A stretch of DNA of 64,000 nucleotides from Eledone cirrhosa. Lineage: Eukaryota. The stretch is from NCBI GenBank assembly GCA_964016885.1, contig OZ024740.1, positions 6,634,001 to 6,698,000 on the forward strand. Reading direction: 5' to 3'. The notes beneath the pieces were generated by a model. The model ran no database searches and was not told the DNA's origin. It was given only the letters and a program-made list of their open reading frames with translations. Each line of letters opens with the position of its first letter. Within the stretch, counting starts at the first letter, position 1. A program made the translations under genes and the position numbers. Of this stretch, positions 1 to 15,000 are shown one piece after another.

Positions 1-3000
1 TAGAGGGTCTGACACCATGTTAGGTGGGGGATTGGCAGTATTGGTAGAGGGTCTGACACCATGGTAGAGTGGTAGATTGGCAGTATTGGTAGAGGGTCTG
101 ACACAATGCTAGGGTGGTGGATTGGCAGTAATGGTAGAGGGGCTGACACCATGTTAGGTGGTGGATTGGCAGTATTGGTAGAGGGTTTGACACAATGCTA
201 GGGTGGTGGATTGGCAGTATAGTTAGAGGGTCTGACACCATGTTAGGGTGGTGGATTGGTAGTATTGGTAGAGGGTCTGACACCATGGTAGGGGTGGATT
301 GGTAGTATAGGTAGAGGGTCTGACACAATGCTAGGGTGGCGGATTGGCAGTATTGGTAGAGGGTCTGACACCATGTTAGGGTGGTGGATTGGCAGTATTG
401 GTAGAGGGTCTGACACCATGTTAGGGTGGCGGATTGGCAGTATTGGTAGAGGGTCTGACACCATGTTAGGGTGGTGGATTTGCAGTATTGGTAGAGGGTC
501 TGATACCATGTTAGGTGGTGGATTGGCAGTATTGGTAGAGGGTCTGACACCATGTTATGTGGCGGATTGGCAGTATTGGTAGAGGGTCTGACACCATGTT
601 AGGGTGGTGGATTGGCAGTATTGGTAGAGGGTCTGACACCATGTTAGGGTGGTGGATTGGCAGTATAGGTAGAGGGTCTGACACCATGTTAGGGTGGTGG
701 ATTGGTAGTATAGGTAGAGGGTCTGACACAATGCTAGGGTGGCGGATTGGCAGTATTGGTAGAGGGTCTGACACCATGTTAGGTGGTGGATTGGCAGTAT
801 TGGTAGAGGGTCTGACACCATGTTAGGGTGGTGGATTGGCAGTATTGGTAGCGGGTCTGACACCATGTTAGAGTGGTGGATTAGTAGTATAGGTAGAGGG
901 TCTGACACCATGGTAGGGTGGTGGATTGGCAGTATAGGTAGAGGGTCTGACACCATGTTAGGGTGGCGGATTGGCAGTATTGGTAGAGGGTCTGACACCA
1001 TGCTAGGGTGGTGGATTGGCAGTATTGGTAGAGGGTCTGACACCATGTTAGGGTGGTGGATTGGCAGTATTGGTAGAGGGTCTGCCACCATGCTAGGGTG
1101 GTGGATTGGCAGTATTGGTAGAGGGTCTGACACCATGTTAGGGTGGTGGATTGGCAGTATTGGTAGAGGGTCTGACATCATGCTAGGTGGTGGATTGTTA
1201 GTATTGGTAGAGGGTCTGACACCATGTTAGGTGGTGGATTGGCAGTATAGGTAGAGGTTCTGACACAATGCTAGGGTGGCGGATTGGCAGTATTGGTAGA
1301 GGGTCTGACACAATGCTAGGGTGGCGGATTAGCAGTATTGGTAGAGGGTCTGACACCATATTAGGTGGTGGATTGGTAGTATTGGTAGAGGGTCTGACAC
1401 CATGTTAGGTGGTGGATTGGCAGTATTGGTAGAGGGTCTGACACCATGTTAGGGTGGTGGATTGGCAGTATTGGTAGCGGGTCTGACACCATGTTAGAGT
1501 GGTGGATTAGTAGTATAGGTAGAGGGTCTGACACCATGGTAGGGTGGTGGATTGGCAGTATAGGTAGAGGGTCTGACACCATGTTAGGGTGGCGGATTGG
1601 CAGTATTGGTAGAGGGTCTGACACCATGCTAGGGTGGTGGATTGGCAGTATTGGTAGAGGGTCTGACACCATGTTAGGGTGGTGGATTGGCAGTATTGGT
1701 AGAGGGTCTGCCACCATGCTAGGGTGGTGGATTGGCAGTATTGGTAGAGGGTCTGACACCATGTTAGGGTGGTGGATTGGCAGTATTGTTAGAGGGTCTG
1801 ACATCATGTTAGGTGGTGGATTGTTAGTATTGGTAGAGGGTCTGACACCATGTTAGGTGGTGGATTGGCAGTATAGGTAGAGGTTCTGACACAATGCTAG
1901 GGTGGCGGATTGGCAGTATTGGTAGAGGGTCTGACACCATGTTAGGGTGGTGGATTGGTAGTATAGGTAGAGGGTCTGACACCATTGTAGGGTGGTGGAT
2001 TGGCAGTATTGGTAGAGGGTCTGATACCATGTTAGGGTGGTGGATTGGCAGTATTGGTAGAGGGTCTGACACCATTGTAGGGTGGTGGATTGGCAGTATT
2101 GTTAGAGGTTCTGGCACCATGTTAGGTGGTGGATTGGCAGTATTGGTAGAGGGTCTGACACCATGTTAGGGTGGTGGATTGGCAGTATTGGTAGAGGGTC
2201 TGACACCATGGTAGGGGGTGGATTGGTAGTATAGGTAGAGGGTCTGACACAATGCTAGGGTGGCGGATTGGCAGTATTGGTAGAGGGTCTGACACCATGT
2301 TAGGGTGGTGGATTGGCAGTATTGGTAGAGGGTCTGATACCATGTTAGGGTGGTGGATTGGCAGTATTGGTAGAGGGTCTGACACCATGTTAGGGTAGCG
2401 GATTGGCAGTATTGGTAGAGGGTCTGACACCATGTTACGGTGGTGGATTGGCAGTATTGGTAGAGGGTCTGATATCATGTTAGGGTGGTTGATTGGTAGT
2501 ATAGGTAGAGGGTCTGACACCATGGTAGGGTGGCAGATTGGCAGTATTGGTAGAGGGTCTGACACAATGTTAGGGTGGTGGATTGGCAGTATTGGTAGAG
2601 GGTCTGACATCATGTTAGGGTGGTGGATTGGTAGTATAGGTAGAGGTTTTGACACCATTGTAGGGTGGTGGATTGGCAATATTGGTAGAGGGTCTCACAC
2701 CATGTTAGGGTGGCGGATTGGCAATATTGGTAGAGGTTCTGACACCATGGTAGGTGGTGGATTGGCAGTGTTTATAGAGGGTCTGACACCATGGTAGGCT
2801 GGTGGATTGGTAGTATTGGTAGAGGGTCTGACACCATGTTAGGGTGGTGGAGTGGTAGTATAGGCAGAGGGTCTGACACCATCTTAGGTGGTGGATTGGT
2901 AGTATTGGTAGATCGTCTGACACCATGTTAGGGTGGTGGATTGGTAGTATAGGTAGAGGGTCTGAGACCATCTTAGGTGTTGGATTGGTAGTATTGGTAG

Positions 3001-6000
3001 AGGGTCTGACACCATCTTAGGTGGTGGATTGGCAGTATTGGTAGAGGGTCTGACACAATGCTAGGGTGGTGGATTGGCAGTATTGTTAGAGGGGCTAACA
3101 CCATGTTAGGTGGTGGATTGGCAGTATTTGTAGAGGGTCTGACACAATGCTAGGGTTGTGGATTGGCAGTATTGGTAGAGGGGCTGACACCATTTTAGGT
3201 GGTGGATTGGCAGTATTGGTAGAGGGTCAGACGCCATGGGTGGTGGATTGGCATTATTGGTAGAGGGTCTGACACCATGTTAGGGTGGTGGATTGGCAGT
3301 ATAGGTAGAGGGTCTGACACCATGTTAGGGTGGTGGATTGGTAGTATAGGTAGAGGGTCTGACACAATGCTAGGGTGGCGGATTGGCAGTATTGGTAGAG
3401 GGTCTGACACCATGTTAGGGTGGTGGATTGGTAGTATTGGTAGAGGGTCTGACACCATGGTAGGGGGTGGATTGGTAGTATAGGTAGAGGGTCTGACACA
3501 ATGCTAGGGTGGCGGATTGGCAGTATTGGTAGAGGGTCTGACACCATGTTAGGGTGGTGGATTGGCAGTATTGGTAGAGGGTCTGATACCATGTTAGGGT
3601 GGTGGATTGGCAGTATTGGTAGAGGGTCTGACACCATGTTAGGGTAGCGGATTGGCAGTATTGGTAGAGGGTCTGACACAATGTTAGGGTGGTGGATTGG
3701 CAGTATTGGTAGAGGGTCTGACATCATGTTAGGGTGGTGGATTGGTAGTATAGGTAGAGGTTTTGACACCATTGTAGGGTGGTGGATTGGCAATATTGGT
3801 AGAGGGTCTCACACCATGTTAGGGTGGGGGATTGGCAATATTGGTAGAGGTTCTGACACCATGGTAGGTGGTGGATTGGCAGTATTGGTAGAGGGTCTGA
3901 CACCATGTTAGGGTGGCGGATTGGCAGTATTGGTAGAGGGTCTGACACCATGTTAGGGTGGTGGATTTGCAGTATTGGTAGAGGGTCTGATACCATGTTA
4001 GGTGGTGGATTGGCAGTATTGGTAGAGGGTCTGACACCATGTTATGTGGCGGATTGGCAGTATTGGTAGAGGGTCTGACACCATGTTAGGGTGGTGGATT
4101 GGCAGTATTGGTAGAGGGTCTGACACCATGTTAGGGTGGTGGATTGGCAGTATAGGTAGAGGGTCTGACACCATGTTAGGGTGGTGGATTGGTAGTATAG
4201 GTAGAGGGTCTGACACAATGCTAGGGTGGCGGATTGGCAGTATTGGTAGAGGGTCTGACACCATGTTAGGTGGTGGATTGGCAGTATTGGTAGAGGGTCT
4301 GACACCATGTTAGGGTGGTGTATTGGCAGTATTGGTAGCGGGTCTGACACCATGTTAGAGTGGTGGATTAGTAGTATAGGTAGAGGGTCTGACACCATGG
4401 TAGGGTGGTGGATTGGCAGTATAGGTAGAGGGTCTGACACCATGTTAGGGTGGCGGATTGGCAGTATTGGTAGAGGGTCTGACACCATGCTAGGGTGGTG
4501 GATTGGCAGTATTGGTAGAGGGTCTGACACCATGTTAGGGTGGTGGATTGGCAGTATTGGTAGAGGGTCTGCCACCATGCTAGGGTGGTGGATTGGCAGT
4601 ATTGGTAGAGGGTCTGACACCATGTTAGGGTGGTGGATTGGCAGTATTGGTAGAGGGTCTGACATCATGCTAGGTGGTGGATTGTTAGTATTGGTAGAGG
4701 GTCTGACACCATGTTAGGTGGTGGATTGGCAGTATAGGTAGAGGTTCTGACACAATGCTAGGGTGGCGGATTGGCAGTATTGGTAGAGGGTCTGACACCA
4801 TGTTAGGGTGGTGGATTGGTAGTATAGGTAGAGGGTCTGACACCATTGTAGGGTGGTGGATTGGCAATATTGGTAGAGATCTGACACCATGTTAGGGTGG
4901 TGGATTGGCAGTATTGGTAGAGGGTCTGATACCATGTTAGGGTGGTGGATTGGCAGTATTGGTAGAGGGTCTGAGACCATTGTAGGGTGGTGGATTGGCA
5001 GTATTGTTAGAGGTTCTGGCACCATGTTAGGTGGTGGATTGGCAGTATTGGTAGAGGGTCTGACACCATGTTAGGGTGGTGGATTGGCAGTATTGGTAGA
5101 GGGTCTGACACCATGGTAGGGGGTGGATTGGTAGTATAGGTAGAGGGTCTGACACAATGCTAGGGTGGCGGATTGGCAGTATTGGTAGAGGGTCTGACAC
5201 CATGTTAGGGTGGTGGATTGGCAGTATTGGTAGAGGGTCTGATACCATGTTAGGGTGGTGGATTGGCAGTATTGGTAGAGGGTCTGACACCATGTTAGGG
5301 TAGCGGATTGGCAGTATTGGTAGAGGGTCTGACACCATGTTACGATGGTGGATTGGCAGTATTGGTAGAGGGTCTGATATCATGTTAGGGTGGTTGATTG
5401 GTAGTATAGGTAGAGGGTCTGACACCATGGTAGGGTGGCAGATTGGCAGTATTGGTAGAGGGTCTGACACAATGTTAGGGTGGTGGATTGGCAGTATTGG
5501 TAGAGGGTCTGACATCATGTTAGGGTGGTGGATTGGTAGTATAGGTAGAGGTTTTGACACCATTGTAGGGTGGTGGATTGGCAATATTGGTAGAGGGTCT
5601 CACACCATGTTAGGGTGGCGGATTGGCAATATTGGTAGAGGTTCTGACACCATGGTAGGTGGTGGATTGGCAGTGTTTATAGAGGGTCTGACACCATGGT
5701 AGGCTGGTGGATTGGTAGTATTGGTAGAGGGTCTGACACCATGTTAGGGTGGTGGAGTGGTAGTATAGGCAGAGGGTCTGACACCATCTTAGGTGGTGGA
5801 TTGGTAGTATTGGTAGATCGTCTGACACCATGTTAGGGTGGTGGATTGGTAGTATAGGTAGAGCGTCTGAGACCATCTTAGGTGTTGGATTGGTAGTATT
5901 GGTAGAGGGTCTGACACCATCTTAGGTGGTGGATTGACAGTATTGGTAGAGGGTCTGACACAATGCTAGGGTGGTGGATTGGCAGTATTGTTAGAGGGGC

Positions 6001-9000
6001 TAACACCATGTTAGGTGGTGGATTGGCAGTATTTGTAGAGGGCCTGACACAATGCTAGGGTTGTGGATTGGCAGTATTGGTAGAGGGGCTGACACCATGT
6101 TAGGTAGTGGATTGGTAGTATTGGTAGAGGGTCTGACACCATGGTAGGTGGTGGATTGGTAGTATTGGTAGAGGGTCTGACACCATGTTAGGTGGTGTAT
6201 TGGTAGTATTGGTAGAGGGTCTGACACCATGTTAGGGTGGTGGATTGGCAGTATTGGTAGAGGGTCTGATACCATGTCAGGGTGGTGGATTGGTAGTATA
6301 GGTAGAGGGTCTGACACCATTGTAGGGTGGTGGATTGGCAATATTGTTAGAGATCTGACACCATGTTAGGTGGTGGATTGGTAGTATTGGAAGAGGGTCT
6401 GACACCATGTTAGGGTGGATGATTGGCAGTATTGGTAGAGGGTCTGACACCATGGTAGGGTGGTGGATTGGCAGTATTGTTAGAGGTTCTGGCACCATGT
6501 TAGGTGGTGGATTGGCAGTATTGGTAGAGGGTCAGACGCCATGGGTGGTGGATTGGAAGTATTGGTAGAGGGTCTAACACCATGTTAGGGTGGTGGATGG
6601 TAGTATAGGTAGAGGGTCTGACACCATGTTAGGTGGTGGATTGGCAGTATTTGTAGAGGGCCTGATACAATGCTAGGGTGGTGGATTGGCAGTATTGGTA
6701 GAGGGTCTGACACCATGTTAGGTGGTGGATTAGCAGTATTGGTAGATGGTCAGACGCCATGGGTGGTGGATTGGCAGCATTGGTAGAGGGTCTGACACCA
6801 TGTTAGGGTGGTGGATTGGTAGTATTGGTAGAGGGTCTGACACCATGGTAGGGGGTGGATTGGTAGTATAGGTAGAGGGTCTGACACAATGCTAGGGTGG
6901 CGGATTGGCAGTATTGGTAGAGGGTCTGACACCATGTTAGGGTGGTGGATTGGCAGTATTGGTAGAGGGTCTGATACCATGTTAGGGTGGTGGATTGGCA
7001 GTATTGGTAGAGGGTCTGACACCATGTTAGGGTGGCGGATTGGCAGTATTGGTAGAGGGTCTGACACCATGTTACGGTGGTGGATTGGCAGTATTGGTAG
7101 AGGGTCTGATATCATGTTAGGGTGGTTGATTGGTAGTATAGGTAGAGGGTCTGACACCATGGTAGGGTGGCAGATTGGCAGTATTGGTAGAGGGTCTGAC
7201 ACAATGTTAGGGTGGTGGATTGGCAGTATTGGTAGAGGGTCTGACATCATGTTAGGGTGGTGGATTGGTAGTATAGGTAGAGGTTTTGACACCATTGTAG
7301 GGTGGTGGATTGGCAATATTGGTAGAGGGTCTCACACCATGTTAGGGTGGCGGATTGGCAATATTGGTAGAGGTTCTGACACCATGGTAGGTGGTGGATT
7401 GGCAGTGTTTATAGAGGGTCTGACACCATGGTAGGCTGGTGGATTGGTAGTATTGGTAGAGGGTCTGACACCATGTTAGGGTGGTGGAGTGGTAGTATAG
7501 GCAGAGGGTCTGACACCATCTTAGGTGGTGGATTGGTAGTATTGGTAGATCGTCTGACACCATGTTAGGGTGGTGGATTGGTAGTATAGGTAGAGGGTCT
7601 GAGACCATCTTAGGTGTTGGATTGGTAGTATTGGTAGAGGGTCTGACACCATCTTAGGTGGTGGATTGACAGTATTGGTAGAGGGTCTGACACAATGCTA
7701 GGGTTGTGGATTGGCAGTATTGGTAGAGGGGCTGACACCATTTTAGGTGGTGGATTGGCAGTATTGGTAGAGGGTCAGACGCCATGGGTGGTGGATTGGC
7801 ATTATTGGTAGAGGGTCTGACACCATGTTAGGGTGGTGGATTGGCAGTATAGGTAGAGGGTCTGACACCATGTTGGGGTGGTGGATTGGTAGTATTGGTA
7901 GAGGGTCTGACACCATGTTAGGTGGTTGATTGGCAGTATAGGTAGAGGGTCTGACACAATGCTAGGGTGGCGGATTGGCAGTATTGGTAGAGGGTCTGAC
8001 ACCATGTTAGGTGGTGGATTGGCAGTATTGGTAGAGGGTCTGACACCATGTTAGGGTGGTGGATTGGCAGTATTGGTAGCGGGTCTGACACCATGTTAGA
8101 GTGGTGGATTAGTAGTATAGGTAGAGGGTCTGACACCATGGTAGGGTGGTGGATTGGCAGTATAGGTAGAGGGTCTGACACCATGTTAGGGTGGCGGATT
8201 GGCAGTATTGGTAGAGGGTCTGACACCATGCTAGGGTGGTGGATTGGCAGTATTGGTAGAGGGTCTGACACCATGTTAGGGTGGTGGATTGGCAGTATTG
8301 GTAGAGGGTCTGCCACCATGCTAGGGTGGTGGATTGGCAGTATTGGTAGAGGGTCTGACACCATGTTAGGGTGGTGGATTGGCAGTATTGGTAGAGGGTC
8401 TGACATCATGCTAGGTGGTGGATTGTTAGTATTGGTAGAGGGTCTGACACCATGTTAGGTGGTGGATTGGCAGTATAGGTAGAGGTTCTGACACAATGCT
8501 AGGGTGGCGGATTGGCAGTATTGGTAGAGGGTCTGACACCATGTTAGGGTGGTGGATTGGCAGTATTGGTAGCGGGTCTGACACCATGTTAGGATGGCGG
8601 ATTGGCAGTATTGGTAGAGGGTCTGACACCATGTTAGGGTGGTGGATTGGCAGTATTGGTAGAGGGTCTGATACCATGTTAGGTTGGTGGATTGGTAGTA
8701 TAGGTAGAGGGTCTGACACCATTGTAGGGTGGTGGATTGGCAATATTGGTAGAGACCTGACACCATGTTAGGTGGTGGATTGGTAGTATTGGTAGAGGGT
8801 CTGACACCATGTTAGGGTGGAGGATTGGCAGTATTGGTAGAGGGTCTGACACCATGGTAGGGTGGTGGATTGGCAGTATTGTTAGAGGTTCTGGCACCAT
8901 GTTAGGTGGTGGATTGGCAGTATTGGTAGAGGGTCAGACGTCATGGGTGGTGGATTGGAAGTATTGGTAGAGGGTCTAACACCATGTTAGGGTGGTGGAT

Positions 9001-12000
9001 GGTAGTATAGGTAGAGGGTCTGACACCATGTTAGGTGGTGGATTGGCAGTATTGGTAGAGGGCCTGACACAATGCTAGGGTGGTGGATTGGCAGTATTGG
9101 TAGAGGGTCTGACACCATGTTAGGTGGTGGATTAGCAGTATTGGTAGATGATCAGACGCCATGGGTGGTGGATTGGCAGCATTGGTAGAGGGTCTGACAC
9201 CATGTTAGGGTGGTGGATTGGTAATATTGGTAGAGGGTCTGACACCATGGTAGGGGGTGGATTGGTAGTATAGGTAGAGGGTCTGACACAATGCTAGGGT
9301 GGCGGATTGGCAGTATTGGTAGAGGGTCTGACACCATGTTAGGGTGGTGGATTGGCAGTATTGGTAGAGGGTCTGATACCATGTTAGGGTGGTGGATTCG
9401 CAGTATTGGTAGAGGGTCTGACACCATGTTAGGGTGGCGGATTGGCAGTATTGGTAGAGGGTCTGACACCATGTTACGGTGGTGGATTGGCAGTATTGGT
9501 AGAGGGTCTGATATCATGTTAGGGTGGTTGATTGGTAGTATAGGTAGAGGGTCTGACACCATGGTAGGGTGGCAGATTGGCAGTATTGGTAGAGAGTCTG
9601 ACACAATGTTAGGGTGGTGGATTGGCAGTATTGGTAGAGGGTCTGACATCATGTTAGGGTGGTGGATTGGTAGTATAGGTAGAGGTTTTGACACCATTGT
9701 AGGGTGGTGGATTGGCAATATTGGTAGAGGGTCTCACACCATGTTAGGGTGGCGGATTGGCAATATTGGTAGAGGTTCTGACACCATGGTAGGTGGTGGA
9801 TTGGCAGTTCTTATAGAGGGTCTGACACCATGGTAGGCTGGTGGATTGGTAGTATTGGTAGAGGGTCTGACACCATGTTAGGGTGGTGGAGTGGTAGTAT
9901 AGGCAGAGGGTCTGACACCATCTTAGGTGGTGGATTGGTAGTATTGGTAGATCGTCTGACACCATGTTAGGGTGGTGGATTGGTAGTATAGGTAGAGGGT
10001 CTGAGACCATCTTAGGTGTTGGATTGGTAGTATTGGTAGAGGGTCTGACACCATCTTAGGTGGTGGATTGGCAGTATTGGTAGAGGGTCTGACACAATGC
10101 TAGGGTGGTGGATTGGCAGTATTGTTAGAGGGGCTAACACCATGTTAGGTGGTGGATTGGCAGTATTTGTAGAGGGTCTGACACAATGCTAGGGTTGTGG
10201 ATTGGCAGTATTGGTAGAGGGGCTGACACCATTTTAGGTGGTGGATTGGCAGTATTGGTAGAGGGTCAGACGCCATGGGTGGTGGATTGGCATTATTGGT
10301 AGAGGGTCTGACACCATGTTAGGGTTGTGGATTGGCAGTATAGGTAGAGGGTCTGACACCATGTTAGGGTGGTGGATTGGTAGTATAGGTAGAGGGTCTG
10401 ACACAATGCTAGGGTGGCGGATTGGCAGTATTGGTAGAGGGTCTGACACCATGTTAGGTGGTGGATTGGCAGTATGGGTAGAGGGTCTGACACCATGTTA
10501 GGGTGGTGGATTGGCAGTATTGGTAGCGGGTCTGACACCATGTTAGAGTGGTGGATTAGTAGTATAGGTAGAGGGTCTGACACCATGGTAGGGTGGTGGA
10601 TTGGCAGTATAGGTAGAGGGTCTGACACCATGTTACGGTGGCGGATTGGCAGTATTGGTAGAGGGTCTGACACCATGCTAGGGTGGTGGATTGGCAGTAT
10701 TGGTAGAGGGTCTGACACCATGTTAGGGTGGTGGATTGGCAGTATTGGTAGAGGGTCTGCCACCATGCTAGGGTGGTGGATTGGCAGTATTGGTAGAGGG
10801 TCTGACACCATGTTAGGGTGGTGGATTGGCAGTATTGGTAGAGGGTCTGACATCATGCTAGGTGGTGGATTGTTAGTATTGGTAGAGGGTCTGACACCAT
10901 GTTAGGTGGTGGATTGGCAGTATAGGTAGAGGTTCTGACACAATGCTAGGGTGGCGGATTGGCAGTATTGGTAGAGGGTCAGACACCATGTTAGGGTGGT
11001 GGATTGGCAGTATTGGTAGAGGGTCTGACACCATGTTAGGGTGGCGGATTGGCAGTATTGGTAGAGGGTCTGACACCATGTTAGGGTGGTGGATTGGCAG
11101 TATTGGTAGAGGGTCTGATACCATGTTAGGGTGGTGGATTGGTAGTATAGGTAGAGGGTCTGACACCATTGTAGGGTGGTGGATTGGCAATATTGGTAGA
11201 GGGTCTGACACCATGGTAGGGTGGTGGATCGGCAGTATTGTTAGAGGTTCTGGCACCATGTTAGGTGGTGGATTGGTAGTATTGGTAGAGGGTCTGACAC
11301 CATGTTAGGGTGGAGGATTGGCAGTATTGGTAGAGGGTCTGACACCATGGTAGGGTGGTGGATTGGCAGTATTGTTAGAGGTTCTGGCACCATGTTAGGT
11401 GGTGGATTGGCAGTATTGGTAGAGGGTCAGACGCCATGGGTGGTGGATTGGAAGTATTGGTAGAGGGTCTAACACCATGTTAGGGTGGTGGATGGTAGCA
11501 TAGGTAGAGGGTCTGACACCATGTTAGGTGGTGGATTGGCAGTATTGGTAGAGGGCCTGACACAATGCTAGGGTGGTGGATTGGCAGTATTGGTAGAGGG
11601 TCTGACACCATGTTAGGTGGTGGATTAGCAGTATTGGTAGATGGTCAGACGCCATGGGTGGTGGATTGGCAGCATTGGTAGAGGGTCTGACACCATGTTA
11701 GGGTGGTGGATTGGTAGTATTGGTAGAGGGTCTGACACCATGGTAGGGGGTGGATTGGTAGTATAGGTAGAGGGTCTGACACAATGCTAGGGTGGCGGAT
11801 TGGCAGTATTGGTAGAGGGTCTGACACCATGTTAGGGTGGTGGATTGGCAGTATTGGTAGAGGGTCTGATACCATGTTAGGGTGGTGGATTGGCAGTATT
11901 GGTAGAGGGTCTGACACCATGTTAGGGTGGCGGATTGGCAGTATTGGTAGAGGGTCTGACACCATGTTACGGTGGTGGATTGGCAGTATTGGTAGAGGGT

Positions 12001-15000
12001 CTGATATCATGTTAGGGTGGTTGATTGGTAGTATAGGTAGAGGGTCTGACACCATGGTAGGGTGGCAGATTGGCAGTATTGGTAGAGGGTCTGACACAAT
12101 GTTAGGGTGGTGGATTGGCAGTATTGGTAGAGGGTCTGACATCATGTTAGGGTGGTGGATTGGTAGTATAGGTAGAGGTTTTGACAACATTGTAGGGTGG
12201 CGGATTGGCAATATTGGTAGAGGTTCTGACACCATGGTAGGTGGTGGATTGGCAGTGTTTATAGAGGGTCTGACACCATGGTAGGCTGGTGGATTGGTAG
12301 TATTGGTAGAGGGTCTGACACCATGTTAGGGTGGTGGAGTGGTAGTATAGGCAGAGGGTCTGACACCATCTTAGGTGGTGGATTGGTAGTATTGGTAGAT
12401 CGTCTGACACCATGTTAGGGTGGTGGATTGGTAGTATAGGTAGAGGGTCTGAGACCATCTTAGGTGTTGGATTGGTAGTATTGGTAGAGGGTCTGACACC
12501 ATCTTAGGTGGTGGATTGGCAGTATTGGTAGAGGGTCTGACACAATGCTAGGGTGGTGGATTGGCAGTATTGTTAGAGGGGCTAACACCATGTTAGGTGG
12601 TGGATTGGCAGTATTTGTAGAGGGTCTGACACAATGCTAGGGTTGCGGATTGGCAGTATTGGTAGAGGGGCTGACACCATTTTAGGTGGTGGATTGGCAG
12701 TATTGGTAGAGGGTCAGACGCCATGGGTGGTGGATTGGCATTATTGGTAGAGGGTCTGACACCATGTTAGGGTGGTGGATTGGCAGTATAGGTAGAGGGT
12801 CTGACACCATGTTGGGGTGGTGGATTGGTAGTATTGGTAGAGGGTCTGACACCATGTTAGGTGGTGGATTGGCAGTATAGGTAGAGGGTCTGACACAATG
12901 CTAGGGTGGCGGATTGGCAGTATTGGTAGAGGGTCTGACACCATGTTAGGTGGTGGATTGGCAGTATTGGTAGAGGGTCTGACACCATGTTAGGGTGGTG
13001 GATTGGCAGTATTGGTAGCGGGTCTGACACCATGTTAGAGTGGTGGATTAGTAGTATAGGTAGAGGGTCTGACACCATGGTAGGGTGGTGGATTGGCAGT
13101 ATAGGTAGAGGGTCTGACACCATGTTAGGGTGGCGGATTGGCAGTATTGGTAGAGGGTCTGACACCATGCTAGGGTGGTGGATTGGCAGTATTGGTAGAG
13201 GGTCTGACACCATGTTAGGGTGGTGGATTGGCAGTATTGGTAGAGGGTCTGCCACCATGCTAGGGTGGTGGATTGGCAGTATTGGTAGAGGGTCTGACAC
13301 CATGTTAGGGTGGTGGATTGGCAGTATTGGTAGAGGGTCTGACATCATGCTAGGTGGTGGATTGTTAGTATTGGTAGAGGGTCTGACACCATGTTAGGTG
13401 GTGGATTGGCAGTATAGGTAGAGGTTCTGACACAATGCTAGGGTGGCGGATTGGCAGTATTGGTAGAGGGTCTGACACCATGTTAGGGTGGTGGATTGGC
13501 AGTATTGGTAGCGGGTCTGACACCATGTTAGGATGGCGGATTGGCAGTATTGTTAGAGGGTCTGACACCATGTTAGGGTGGTGGATTGGCAGTATTGGTA
13601 GAGGGTCTGATACCATGTTAGGTTGGTGGATTGGTAGTATAGGTAGAGGGTCTGACACCATTGTAGGGTGGTGGATTGGCAATATTGGTAGAGACCTGAC
13701 ACCATGTTAGGTGGTGGATTGGTAGTATTGGTAGAGGGTCTGACACCATGTTAGGGTGGAGGATTGGCAGTATTGGTAGAGGGTCTGACACCATGGTAGG
13801 GTGGTGGATTGGCAGTATTGTTAGAGGTTCTGGCACCATGTTAGGTGGTGGATTGGCAGTATTGGTAGAGGGTCAGACGTCATGGGTGGTGGATTGGAAG
13901 TATTGGTAGAGGGTCTAACACCATGTTAGGGTGGTGGATGGTAGTATAGGTAGAGGGTCTGACACCATGTTAGGTGGTGGATTGGCAGTATTGGTAGAGG
14001 GCCTGACACAATGCTAGGGTGGTGGATTGGCAGTATTGGTAGAGGGTCTGACACCATGTTAGGTGGTGGATTAGCAGTATTGGTAGATGATCAGACGCCA
14101 TGGGTGGTGGATTGGCAGCATTGGTAGAGGGTCTGACACCATGTTAGGGTGGTGGATTGGTAATATTGGTAGAGGGTCTGACACCATGGTAGGGGTTGGA
14201 TTGGTAGTATAGGTAGAGGGTCTGACACAATGCTAGGGTGGCGGATTGGCAGTATTGGTAGAGGGTCTGACACCATGTTAGGGTGGTGGATTGGCAGTAT
14301 TGGTAGAGGGTCTGATACCATGTTAGGGTGGTGGATTGGCAGTATTGGTAGAGGGTCTGACACCATGTTAGGGTGGCGGATTGGCAGTATTGGTAGAGGG
14401 TCTGACACCATGTTACGGTGGTGGATTGGCAGTATTGGTAGAGGGTCTGATATCATGTTAGGGTGGTTGATTGGTAGTATAGGTAGAGGGTCTGACACCA
14501 TGGTAGGGTGGCAGATTGGCAGTATTGGTAGAGGGTCTGACACAATGTTAGGGTGGTGGATTGGCAGTATTGGTAGAGGGTCTGACATCATGTTAGGGTG
14601 GTGGATTGGTAGTATAGGTAGAGGTTTTGACACCATTGTAGGGTGGTGGATTGGCAATATTGGTAGAGGGTCTCACACCATGTTAGGGTGGCGGATTGGC
14701 AATATTGGTAGAGGTTCTGACACCATGGTAGGTGGTGGATTGGCAGTTCTTATAGAGGGTCTGACACCATGGTAGGCTGGTGGATTGGTAGTATTGGTAG
14801 AGGGTCTGACACCATGTTAGGGTGGTGGAGTGGTAGTATAGGCAGAGGGTCTGACACCATCTTAGGTGGTGGATTGGTAGTATTGGTAGATCGTCTGACA
14901 CCATGTTAGGGTGGTGGATTGGTAGTATAGGTAGAGGGTCTGAGACCATCTTAGGTGTTGGATTGGTAGTATTGGTAGAGGGTCTGACACCATCTTAGGT